Below, piece by piece: positions 12,440-23,854 of a stretch of DNA of 64,000 nucleotides. Each line of letters begins with the position of its first letter. The first letter of the stretch is position 1. Origin of the DNA: the human T2T-CHM13v2.0 reference genome, Homo sapiens; assembly GCF_009914755.1 (NCBI RefSeq), contig NC_060942.1; one strand, given 5' to 3'. The position numbers were made by a program, and so were the translations under genes. The notes under the pieces were generated by a model that was not told where the DNA came from, searched no databases, and saw nothing but the letters and a program-made list of their open reading frames with translations.

Positions 12440-13250
12440 CCCTCTCTGGCTGACCTTACCTTCCACCACTCACCCACACAGATCTCTGCACCACTCACAC
12501 TGAACTCTTCAGGCTACATTAGACTCCTTGAGCTTTCCCACCTCTGTACCTCTGCTCACTTCCTCCCTTCTTCCTGGGCTACCCTATCCCCTCCCTTCTT
12601 TTGGACCCAATCCTCAAGGTCCAGCTCAAGTCCCCCCTCTTCCTAAAGACTTGGAGTGTTGTTAATGCTCCATGGATGTGTTTGTGACTGATATAGTTTG
12701 AGTGCGTGTCCCTGCCCAAATCTCATGTTGAAATGCAATTCCCAGTGTTGGAGGTGGGGCCTGGTGGGAGGTGATTGGATCATGGGGGAGGTTTCTTATG
12801 AATGATTTAGCACCATCCTCTTGGTGCTATCCTCATGATGGTAACTTCTCACAAGATCTGGTCATTTAAAAGCGTGTGGACCTCCTGCCTCACTCTCCTG
12901 CTCCTGCTTTTGCCATATGATGTGCCTGCTCGCCCTTTGCCTTCTTCCATGATTGTAAGTTTCTTGAGGCCTCCTCAGAAGCTGAGCAGATGCCAGCACC
13001 ATACTTTCTTGTCAGCCTGCAGAACCATGATCCAATTAAACCTCTTTTCTTTATACATTACCCAGCCTTGGGTATTTATTTATAGCAATGTGAGAATGGG
13101 CTAAAAAAGTACCTAATCATCTCAATTAGATATACTAGGTTGCAGATTTCTTGAGAACAGGTGGCATGCTTTATACATCCTTGCATACCCAGGAGCATTT
13201 GGCTCAGGACCTTGAACTAAGTTCTTAATACAGTTTCATTAATTCACTTC
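12440..13250 (+). mobile_element. L2 LINE fragment split by an MSTA LTR
   Basis: Pyrimidine-rich L2 body before 12680 and L2 3' end (TTCTTGAGAACAGG...TACATCCTTGCATACCCAG) after 13110. Confidence 0.55.
12689..13108 (+). mobile_element. MaLR solo LTR, MSTA-like
   Basis: Starts TGATATAGTTTGAGTGCGTGTCCCTGCCCAAATCTCATGTTGAAATG. Contains GAGGTGATTGGATCATGGGG, CCATGATTGTAAGTTTCTTGAGGCCTC and AATTAAACCTCTTTTCTTTATA. About 420 bp. Confidence 0.88.
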
Positions 13251-13289
13251 CAATCTTGGGGTAGGAGAGTTATATTTCTTAAGAGATGG

Positions 13290-13760
13290 AAAAAGTATTT
13301 ACAATATATAGTAAAGGATTATTAATGTTAATATAGTAAAATAAGGCTTTACAAATCAATAATAAAGGACAAGAAATCCAATTGGGAAGTAGGCCAAGAA
13401 AATTAACATGAAATTCACTGAACAACCCATACTTATCAAAAGATCAACTTTAGCAGTTATCAAAGAGATGCAAATTAAAACAATTTTATTAAACTGTTGC
13501 TTATCAAATTGGGTAAGATTGAAAAATAGATTCTGTAGTGTTAGTAAGACAATGGTGAAACAGCTACTCATATGATACAAGGTGGGACAGCACATGGGTA
13601 CAACTTTCCTGATGATAAATTTGGCAATTTTTATTAAGTCTTTAAAATGTTCAAACTTTTAAAATCTGTAATTCTGCTTCTAGGCTTTTATCCTAAGAAA
13701 GTTATCAAAGCTTCACACATAGATTACATATGAGGACGCATATCTTAGTATGGTGGTGAA
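13290..13760 (+). mobile_element. Ancient L1 (L1ME-like) ORF2 3' fragment
   Basis: TACAAATCAATAA, ATCAAAGAGATGCAAATTAAAACAA, GGTACAACTTTCCTG...AATTTGGCAAT and AATTCTGCTTCTAGGCTTTTATCCTAAGAAA. Confidence 0.78.
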
Positions 13761-14160
13761 TTAACTGGCTAATTCTCACTTATTCAGTGTCTAGAAGGCA
13801 GCCCATAAAGAGAAGTGAGATTTATACAGCTCCTTCTCACTTGCCTGACTTACAGGTTGATAATTGATTTGATGCCTGCTGGAATGTGGTAAGTAGATTT
13901 CTTTCCATTGGTAGGGGATGCTCTACCTTACCCGATGGACCTCCACCTGTGATCTTTTATTTTAATCTAAGCTTCTTCTATGAAGACCTCTGTTTCCCAT
14001 ACCATGCTGCAGCTTCTATCATTATTCTGCTCACCTCTCAGATCCTGAATGTCTTTGGAGAGCTTGATACACTATGCAAGAGACTGAACCAGCCAGTGAG
14101 GTACACACTGGAAGAAGGAACCATGCTTTATTGCTCCTCAGGTTATTTAAGCACTGTGAA

Positions 14161-14253
14161 CCCATTCATCCATCCATCCATCCATCCACCCATCCATCTA
14201 TCCAAATGTCCATCCATCCATCCATCCATCCATCCAAACATCCATTCAAACAT
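14161..14253. repeat. (TCCA)n/(CCAT)n imperfect microsatellite at an L2 tail
   Basis: CATCCATCCATCCATCC... directly visible and abutting a reverse L2 3' end. Confidence 0.9.
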
Positions 14254-14269
14254 CTCTCCCTCTTTCCCA

Positions 14270-15080
14270 CCCAGTAGTGATTGAGCACATGCTATATGCC
14301 AGAGACTGTGCTGAGTGTTGGGTGCTAGATTTGCACAAGTAATAGGCATGTTCCCTACCACAAAATTACTCACAGTTCAGGGGCATGATGGACTAGTAAA
14401 GAGGCAGTTAACTGTTTCTTCTAGAGGTCAACACACAGAATCTGGAGCATGGGGTAAGGGAGGGGGTGTACTCCCCTCAGATGGTGGATTCTGGAGGTAG
14501 AACCTGAGAAGGGTTTTCAGACTTAACTGTGAGTTAACCTAGGAATAAGGGGAAAGGGGCATAAGGTATTTTACTGAAAGAGAGAGAGAGAGAGAGAAGA
14601 AGGAGAGTGAGGGAGGGAGGATGAGAGAGAGAGAGGAGAGAGAGATGTTTAAAGACCCAAGATTGAGAGGAAGCATGCAGCGTTAGAGGAAATGTATACA
14701 GTTCCACATGACTGTGGAGTTTGAGGGGTCAAGGGAAAAATAAGAGCCTTGAAGGGCAGAGTGGGGCAGGGGGTGAAGTTCTTATTGGTCATTCCTAGGA
14801 GTCCAAGCTCTATCTGAGAGGCAAGTTCGGGGGCATTGAAAGGTTTAAGGGAGAAAAGATTTAAGTATTTTTGAAAAATCAGAGTACAATCAGGGAGATG
14901 GATGGATTGGAAGCTTAAGGCCAGTTGGGACATGACTGCAGTGATACAGATGAGAAGTGATAATTATCCCAACAAGGAGCTGGAATAAGATATGGGGGCA
15001 AAGGAGAGGGAATAGAGTCAAGAGATGTTACCAAGGCCAAGTTGTCAGGACCCAGGGACTGGTCAGGAGTGTGTGGGGTG
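14270..15080 (-). mobile_element. L2 LINE fragment (contains a GA repeat at about 14577-14645)
   Basis: TTGAGCACATGCTATATGCCAGAGACTGTGCTGAGTG tail, and GGCATTGAAAGGTTTAAGG / AGGCCAGTTGGGACATGACTGCAGTGATACAGATGAGA body. Confidence 0.7.
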
Positions 15081-16830
15081 GGGAGGGTAATGGGGTCATT
15101 GCAGGAATGGGGAGCAAGGAGGCATCAGCCCCAAGGAGGCTTCTGCAGAAACTCATAGGTTCTTGGCATGAGCTGGCCAGTCTAGATCTAGAAGTTCTGG
15201 GGGAAGGCAGAGAAAATTATTTCCACTCTTTCCCCATTTCCTATGGAAGCCCACCTCAGCATTCAGCTCTCCTCTGTTTCCTTTTCTCTTCTAGTCTGTC
15301 TCCTGGAGCTCTTCGGAAGTAGCTTCAGCTCATGGCTCAAACACAGCCCTGTGGCCACGGCCCAGCATCCCCACAATTTCCTGGCCCACAAATGGGTTTC
15401 CTGACAGCAAGTTCTGCAGCGTAGTCTCAGGAATGGGCAACTACAGACATTTGACCCAGCTGAGAAGCTTCCTGAATGGAGTTTATACTTCATTTAACAA
15501 AATGTTGTTGAGGGAGGGCCTGCTTTGTGCTCAGCATAGAGCAGGGTGCTATGCAAAAACAATCTCTTAGATACTGATTGTATTTTTTATTCTGCTTTCA
15601 AGATCCAGCTTACATGGCACCTGTCCTACAAAGTCTTTCTTAAGACTCCTCATCCCCCTGCAACCCTGGGTTCCCATGGTTTAACCCTCTATTCCATTCA
15701 ATTTCACATCAAATTATCAGTATTTCTTCATACATCTATTCCTTCTGCTAGGCTGGAAATTCCTTAGGGGCAAGGGACAAACACAGTCTGCTTTCCCCCT
15801 CCAGCACATCCCATCTTTGCTCTTCCTCATCTCTCAGCATTTTGAAAGTGTTTGATACAGTTAGTACTCACAACTGGGACTTCTAACTTCTTTGGTGGGG
15901 CAATGCTGTTGTTTATTTCTTCACCACAAACGTTTGCTAAGATTCTTGAGGGGCAGACCAGAAAACGTTCACAGGTTTAAAAAGCTGGTAGCTGTAGCCT
16001 GAAGCTCTTAACACTCTCCTTAGTTACCTAATTTCCTCCAGTGGGTCTGGCCTGCTCCAGGGAAGGCATTTTGCCCTGAAAATGTGATGCTTTCAAGACT
16101 CCATAGAAAGCAAAACAGCCGGCTTTCCGCTTGGGAAAGGGGCTTGTGCCTTTAAGACCTGCCTTGGGAAATCAGCCTGAGCAACGTAATTGCTGTGAAA
16201 TTACCCCAGATCACACCCACACATTCATTATGAGATTCCTTATTGACACCTTGACAATTTGTTTCAGAAGACATCACTGCATATTCCTCCCTCTGGAATA
16301 GATACAGATGCATATAGACATACGAGCCCACACATAATGTATATGCATATCAGTGTGTTTTTATTATATAATTATACAAGGCTATCAGTCAGTTTTCATT
16401 TGAAACTCTTTGCATTTATAGTTCAGGAAGTTATTTAAAATCAAGAGTTGGAGAAGATAGCCTCCTAGAAGAACCAAACATGAAGAGTAGAATTGAGTAA
16501 GACAGGGGGCATGTCTTTGCTATTTGAGAACTGTGCCTACCCCCACACCACACACATTCTTTCCTTCTTCACAATGACAGGTTTTTTGCTACCATTGGGA
16601 ATTCAGTCCTGGAAAGCACTCACAAAAGGAGGGTGCCAGTGGAACAACTCCAAGGGGAACCTCTTCAGGGACATAACAGTGCCATCTTTGGCCTCTCCAG
16701 GCCCTTCCCTTGAGTCTGGGGTAAGCTCATGGCCACACTGATATACATACAATGGCAAAGGGACAACTGGGTGCCAGTCAGATTCATACACCTCCACAGG
16801 TCCCTGAAGATCAAGCATAGTATTTGAGAG

Positions 16831-17460
16831 GATAGCTTCCCAGCCTTTTAAAGTCATGATACACATGAAAATAAGAATATTCATATTGCACACTATAGTA
16901 AACTGCAGAGGACTTGAGGCATTTATACAGGGCTTGGGAAAAAAGTCTTTCCATTTTCTTTATATTATACAAAATTAAAATGCAGTATATTAGGAAAAAC
17001 ATTATACATTAAATTAGTATAAAACATTTTTCTAGTTCTAATGAGAAACTTGAGTTTGCTTCCTTCCATGAATATAAGTGTTTCATATCAGGGTTTATGC
17101 TCAAAATGGTTATACATAGTGCCTGACGATGACTTTTAAAATGATGATCTCTACAAATTCTTGGTAGTCACCCTTGATAAGAAACTTTGCACAAGTGGGT
17201 GATAAAAAATTTAAAGCAACTTTTATAACCATTAAAGATTCATAACAGTTGAAATTATATTTAAAGAATTTAACAGCTCTTCCTTTTATTTCATTGACAA
17301 ATGTAGTGTTGAAAGTTTTTGTGATGGTGCAGATGGGTTTCAAATCCAATAGAACTTATTCATGTCAAGGAATCAGAAGAATGATGGCACTGTCATTTGC
17401 GGAACTTGGTGGATGTGTTGCTGGAACGTTCACTCTGCAGCTGGCTTGGATGACACTTGA
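16831..17460 (-). mobile_element. hAT-Charlie DNA transposon fossil (copy 1)
   Basis: Reverse complement aligns by eye with 51650-52336, e.g. TGCTTTAAATTTTTTATCACCCACTTGTGCAAAGTTTCTT vs TGATTTAAATTTTTTACTACCTACTTGTGTGAACAAAGTTTCTT. Degenerate TIR near 16831. Confidence 0.7.
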
Positions 17461-18449
17461 AGGGTACAACCACTGCAAGCAGATAAAAGTATATAGCATA
17501 TATGAAGCTCAATCTAGAGCCATTTCTACTATGCCCACTGTTAAACCCCACCTGTCTTTCTGCCACTTTTCTCCTCTGATAGGTGCACTTGGAGCTGCAC
17601 ACAGTACCCTTGGCACATGAACATCTCCAACAGTTCATCAGACTTCCTGTCCCTATCATGGTGACAAGTGGGGCTTGCAGCTGTCTGCTAGAGTAGGTGT
17701 CTAGAGGTCTCCTTGGTTATTCTTATTGCAGCTCTGCAGAGCAGCATGGATCAGGCACTACTAGTCATGCACACTGTCCCTGGGGACCATAGTATATGCC
17801 ATGAGACCCTGCTCACCTTGGGTGGCCTTCTGAGGAGCCACCGATAGGGTTACTTGTGGCTGCAGGAGACCATTCCTAGGTACTCGGTCTGCCCCAGGTC
17901 CTGCCTCAATGTTCTGGAGCTGAGAGGGTCAGATTTTACATAACTGTAATTCATTTGTGGCATGCTGGCTGGGAAGCACATGTTAGACAAGTCCCTTCTC
18001 CTCTCTGAGCTGCATTTTCTCACCTGTGACTTCACTGGTTGCTTCCAGTGAGAAATACTGTCATGACATAGAAAATCAGATATGGTTGAATATAACTAGG
18101 TAAACAAATGAGTAATTTAGATAAGTGTTCTTGGCCCTTGTCTGGAAGTTGCTAGGCAGGGAGGGGTCCATAGAGTTGTGTTAAAAGGGAGCAAGGGTAA
18201 GACCATCATATCTCTAGGCCCCTTCCTAGGGGGCACGAGCTTTGTGGTGGGTGTTCTGGTAAACCTGGTAGGAATACCAGCCCAGCAAGCATAGGATAGT
18301 GTCCTGGAGCTGGTAGGAACAGGCTAAATTGTTTCAAAAAGTAGCAGAAATAGATTCTGGAAATCATAGAAAGAGAGGACCAAGTGGGATAAAGTTGGAA
18401 AAGAGCCAGGAGCAATGCAGAGGTTGGCAGAGAACTGCACATCACCATA

Positions 18450-18660
18450 ACTCATGTTTATTGACTACTATTAGGTGCCAGGTAGTGTGATCATGTATTT
18501 ATATATATTGTTAATAACTAATGAATCCTCACAACTCCTGATAAAGTGGGTACTATTTTCACTTAACAGATTTGAACACTGAGGCTTAGAGATGTTATTT
18601 AAATTGTCCAAAGCCACAGAGCTATGAAGGGGCAAAGCCAGGACTCCAGGCCAATATGAA
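18450..18660 (-). mobile_element. MIR SINE
   Basis: AATCCTCACAAC...ACAGATTTGAACACTGAGGCTTAGAGATGTTATTTAAATTGTCCAAAGCCACAGAGCTA. Confidence 0.85.
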
Positions 18661-19540
18661 AGTGGTGCCTGCAATTGGACATATACTTGTTTTTTGGAGG
18701 CCCTGTTTTATTCTGTGTGCCGTGTTCTTTGAGGATATTTAAGAGGAGGAGATGTTGTCTTTCACTTTTTAAAACGTTCCAACTATTCAAAGATCTAAAC
18801 CTAAAGAGATCCCATGAATCATTTACAGTGGCCAGGACCTGCTGCCTCTTCCTTTATAGGGTCTCTCTCTGTCTCTTCATTTCTGGCCCCCTTTTCACTG
18901 CCGTACTGTTTGTAAAAGCTCAAACTCAGGCAGACATTCAAAGTCTCTGTAATCTAGCTTCAACTGAATCCTGAAAGAGTAGCTGACACACAGTAGGTTT
19001 TCAACTGATGTTAAGTGAGTGAATGAATGGATGGATAAATCACGCCTCGGTCTCTTTCTTCTTTTCCCCCCACTGTACATGGCCCTGGCTCTCACCAACC
19101 CTGTTGGCTTGCTGTGCCCTTAAACACCCTGTGCATTCTATGCCCAGTCCTTTGCTCCTTCCTAGAGTGTGTCCCCAACTTCTGTCCTCATCATTAAGTC
19201 CTACCTGGCCTGCAAGGCCCAGCTCACCTTCTCTGCCAAGTTCTATCTGACTAATGTGGTCTCAAAAGACCTGCCTCCCTTGAACTCCTAGAGTCTGAGC
19301 CCTCAGGCAGCACTGACATCAGTGATTTGTGATACATTTTTGAACCTAATATGCTCTTGTCCAGGCTGAAGAGTGAGCACCCAAGTGCAGCTAGTACCTC
19401 AGGGGCCCTGTCTCACAGGACTCTGGAAGAGACTTATCTCTTGCTTAGTCCTGCATAGTGCCTTGCATATAGTAGGTGCTCAGTTCATATCATCTGAATA
19501 ATTGACAGGAAGCAACTTGTACACAGTAAACATACATAAA

Positions 19541-21871
19541 TGATATGGTTTGGCTCTATGTCCCCACCCAAATCTCATCTTGAATTGTACTTACATAATT
19601 CCCATGTGTGGAGGGACCTGGTGGGAGACAATTGAATTGGGGGGCGGTTTCCCCATACTATTCTCATCGTAGTGAATAAGTCTCATGAGATCTGATGGTT
19701 TGATAAGGGGAAACCTGTTTTGCTTGACTCTCATTCTCTCTCTTGCCTGCTGCGATGTAAGGTGTGCCTTTCAGCTTCCACCACGATTGTGAGGCCTCCC
19801 CAGCCATGTGGAAATGTGAGTCCATTAAACTTTTTCTTTTGTAAATTACCTGGTCTCAGGTATGTCCGTATCAGCAGCATGAAAACGCAGGTATGTCTTT
19901 ATCAGCAGCACGACAATGAACTAATACAGTAAAGTGGTACCAGTAGAGTGGGGTGCTGCTGAAGAGATACCCAGAAATGTGGAAGCGACTTTGGAGTTGA
20001 GGAACAGTCAAAGGTTGGCACAGTTTGGAGGGCTCGGAAGAAGACAGGAAAATGTGGGAAAGTTTGGAACTCCCTAGAGACTTGTTGAATGACTTTGACC
20101 AAAATGCTAATAGTGATATGCACAATGAAGTCCAGGCTGACGTGGTCTTAGATGGAGATGAGGAACTTGTTGGGAACTGGAGCAAAGGTGACTCTTGTTA
20201 GGTTTTAGCCAAGAGACTGGCAGCATTTTGCCCCTGACCTAGAGTTTTGTGGAACTTTGAACTTGAGAGAGATGATTTAGGGTATCTGGTGGAAGAAATT
20301 TCTTAGCAGCAAAGCTTTCAAAATGTGACATGGGTGCTGTTAAAGGCATTCAGTTCTAAAAGGGAAGCAGAGCATAAAAACTTGGAAAATTTGCAGCCTG
20401 ATAATGCAATAGAAAAGAAAATCCCATTTTCTGAGGAGAAATCCAAGCCAGCCACAGAAATTTGCATAAGTAATGCCCGAATGTTAATCCCCAAGACAAT
20501 GGGGAAAATGTCTCCAGGGCATGTCAGAGGTCTTCATGGCAGCCCCTCCCATCACAGGCCTGAAGGCCCAGGAGGAAAAAGTGGTTTCATGGGCCAGGCC
20601 CTGGGTCCCTGTGCTGTGTGCAGCCTAGGGACTTGTTGCCCTATGTCCCAGATGCTCCAGCTGTGGCTGAAAGGGGCCAATATAGAGCTCAGGCTATGGC
20701 TTCAGAGGGTGCGAGCCCTAAGCCTTGGCAGCTTCCATGTGGTGTTGAGCCTACAAGTGCTCAGAAGTCAAGAATTGGGGTTTGGGAACCTCTGCCTAGA
20801 TTTCAGAAGATGTATGAAAATGCCTGGATGTCCAGGCAGAAGTTTTCTGCAGGGGTGGGACTCTCATGGAGAACCTCTGCTAGGGCAGTGTGGAAGGGAA
20901 ATGTGGGGTCAGAGCCCGCACACAAAGTCACTACTGGGGCACCACCTAGTGGAGCTGTGAGAAGAGGGTCACCATCCTCCAGACCCCAGAATGGTAGATA
21001 CACCAACAGCTTGCACCGTGTGCCTGGAAAAGCTGCAGACACTCAGCACAAGCCCGTGAAAGCATCCAAGAGGGAGGCTGTACTCTGCCGACCCACAGGG
21101 GTGGAGCTGCCCAAGACCATGAGAACCCACATCTTGCATCAGCGTGACCCAGATGCAAGACATGGAGTCAAAGGGAGATCATTTTGGAGTTTTAAGATTT
21201 GACTGCCCTATTGGATTTTGGACTTGCATGGACCTGTAGCCCCTTGGTTTTGGTCAATTTCCCCCATTTGGAATGGCTCTATTTTACCCCATGCTTATAC
21301 TCCCATTGTATTTAGGAAGTAACTAACTTGCTTTTGATTTTTACAGGCTCATAGGTGGAAGGGATTTGCCTTGTCTCAGATAAGACTTTGGACTGTGGAC
21401 TTTTGAGTTAATGCTGAAATAAGTTAAGACTTTGGGGGACTGTTGGGAAGGCATGATTGGTTTTGAAATGTGAGAATATGAGATTTGGCAGGGGCCAGGG
21501 GTGGAATTACATGGTTTGGCTCTATGTCTCCACTCAAATCTCATCTTGAATTGTACTCCCATAATTCCCATGTGTGATGGGAGGGACCTGGTGGGAGATA
21601 ATTGAATCATGGTGGCAGTTTCTCTCATACTGTTCTTGTGGTAGTGAATAAGTCTCAAAAGATCTGATGATTTGGTAAGGGGAAACCAGTTTTGCTTGAC
21701 TCTCATTCTTTCTCTTGCTTGCTGTGATGTAAGACATGCCTTTCACCTTCCACCATGATTGTGAGGCCTCCCCAGCCACATGGAACTGTGAGTCAAATTA
21801 TACCTCTTTCTTTTGTAAATTACCAAGTCTCAGGTATGTCTTTATCAGCAGTGTGAAAACAAACTAATACA
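19541..21871 (+). mobile_element. Full-length THE1 (probably THE1C) ERVL-MaLR provirus: 5' LTR 19541-19928, internal 19929-21506, 3' LTR 21507-21871
   Basis: Two direct LTRs (TGATATGGTTTGGCTC...CTAATACA). THE1-int start GTAAAGTGGTACC and polypurine end GGCAGGGGCCAGGGGTGGAA. Flanks ATAAA (19536-19540) and ATAAT (21872-21876) form a 4/5 TSD. Confidence 0.95.
20618..21202 (+). pseudogene. Residual piece of the THE1-internal (MaLR gag-like) ORF, not a host gene
   Basis: PKPWQLP...SRIGVWEPLPRFQKMYENAWMSRQKF...GNVG matches the recalled THE1-int ORF translation. The upstream part of the ORF is disrupted. Confidence 0.7.
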
Positions 21872-23490
21872 ATAATGATGCTGTTTAATATATTCTTTCA
21901 AAAATAATGTTTACCACCAATGTTTTGTGCAAGATTCTGGGAATACCAACAACTCCTCAGAGCAAAGAATGTTTGAATTCTGACTGGCAAAATGTACTAA
22001 TGTTTCTCTTCTCCCCTTATTAATGGAATATCAAACAAATGCGCTATTAAATATAACATTACAGGCTCATTGGCATTTTTTTAAAAAACTTTTTTAACCA
22101 GCTAGTTCATCATTTTCACTTTTTCCAAGAGGCATTTCTGCTAAAAGGGAGGGCTATAAAAATGCAGGCTATTTTTGCACCAAAGGAGCCCTCCCACTCT
22201 GACTCTCCCTGGAAAAGACTTCACCAACTAGGAAGGGGGTACAACTGCAGGACCAGGAAGGAGATGGTTAACAGCCACCTTAGGGACCCTCTAGGAGTTG
22301 AACTTGGAGTTCAGAATCCTAGGTTGCTTGAGTGCCTGTTTTGATTTTTTCTTAATTTAAGTTTGTGATTGACTTATGTGCACTGGCACTTTTAACAGAT
22401 TAGAATAAAACACAGAGTTCAGAACAAATGTAAATGGCCTCAAAGAAAAGTGGGGGGAATGACAATAATCTTTTTTAATGGCTGTAAAATGTAGGAAGGA
22501 TAGATCATGAGCTCGCTGCATGGGGCCCTCGTCTGATCTCAATCCAGTATTGTAATTTAGACATGACTTTTTATTTAATTTCTGACTGAGAAAGGGAAAT
22601 TAGAAAACAGCATTATCTCAGCTGCTTCGTTATGATGAACAATATTTCATAGTGCCAGCTCTGAAGTTACCTTCAGAACTTCTTTTATGAGGCCGATGTT
22701 GACTCCAGCTCTAGGAGAGTTTGAATTTCCCCACACACTTGAGGAGCAGTTGTTGCTTGAGGAGCAGAAACGTAAGTATGGTTTTTAATTAGAAGCTGGT
22801 TTAAGGCTCAGGCAGCCCACAGGTTTGCAGGTAGGGGAAGGGAACAGAGATCATAAAATGAGGCGCTGGAAGATACTAAAACCTGGACTAGGCTGTGCTG
22901 GACTTCCTTCCATGTAAGTAACGGTCCCCTTCTAATCTCCCAACCCCGTTTATTTGTTTAATTTTTAAATCAGGGGGATTTATCCCATCTGTAATTAACC
23001 CTTGCATCTGGCCAGAGCAGTACTGCCTTCTGTCCCTTCTCTTCCCTGCTCCTGGCCACTAAATACATAATGGTCTGATAAATATTTAAGCAGTGATGAG
23101 GGAGATAATGCAAGTAATCCATTAGAGCCGCCTGCCTGGGCTGGCACCGGGGAAAATGGGGGTGCTAAAGTGGATGGAGTAAATGCTGAAATCCCAGGCT
23201 GAGCGGCAGGCTCCCTGACCACAGAGGGCCCTAAGCACCAAGCCCGGCTGTCGATAGACCAGAAATTTCAGGCTGAGGAAGCCCTTCCTCCCACTTGGCC
23301 TACCTGAGCGCATGCCCCTGCTCCCACAGTCAGCATCCCTGCTGAGCCAGATGGGGTTGGGCCCATATTCTGGAGTGGGGGAAAACATGGGAGTGGAGCT
23401 GGCACTGAGGGATCAGTAAGGTAGATTGGGATGCCTACACTGCTGCTGCTGTGGGGCCTCAAGGACAGCCCACTGCTAACTTCTAGAGCC

Positions 23491-23618
23491 AGGGCAGCTG
23501 CAAGCCCGTTTGCACAGGACAGTTGCATGTTATGCCATTTGTCCAGCATAGTGGTGGACAGTGCCCCCTTTCACTTTCATGTGTTCCAATTTGGGTGATA
23601 AATTGTATGGTCACCCCA
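23491..23618. mobile_element. MER94-like hAT-Blackjack MITE
   Basis: Reverse complement GGGTGACCATACAATTTATCACCCAAATTGGAACAC...GTGAAAGGGGGCAC matches the MER94 pattern. Confidence 0.7.
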
Positions 23619-23810
23619 CCTATAATATGGGTCACCCCACCTATAATTGTACGGTCACCCCACCTTTCTAATAACATGCATTAGAATGATGGAGAAAGTG
23701 GGGAGGGGATGATAGCAGCACACTCCTTATAGCATATACCCCAAATGCAGCCATATACAGGCGTTCAAAATCCTACACTCAACCCCAGGAGCCCTTCACC
23801 CCCCCCCCCC

Positions 23811-23854
23811 ACATACACGCACGCGTGCGCACACACACACACACACACACACAC
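23811..23854. repeat. Alternating purine-pyrimidine tract, (CA)n with a CG core
   Basis: ACATACACGCACGCGTGCGCACACAC...AC, 44 bp of strict alternation preceded by a C12 run. Confidence 0.9.

Noticed and set aside
20325-20960. 211-aa ORF, the longest in the window
   Set aside because: It lies wholly in THE1-internal sequence and is largely out of frame with the native MaLR ORF remnant.
21767-21779. PRDM9 hotspot motif in the THE1 LTR
   Set aside because: The sequence is CCTCCCCAGCCAC (5' LTR CCTCCCCAGCCAT). It lacks the T of CCNCCNTNNCCNC, so it is the non-hot version.
23598-23665. CRISPR-like short repeats
   Set aside because: Contiguous tandem units with no spacers, in a eukaryotic context with no cas genes.
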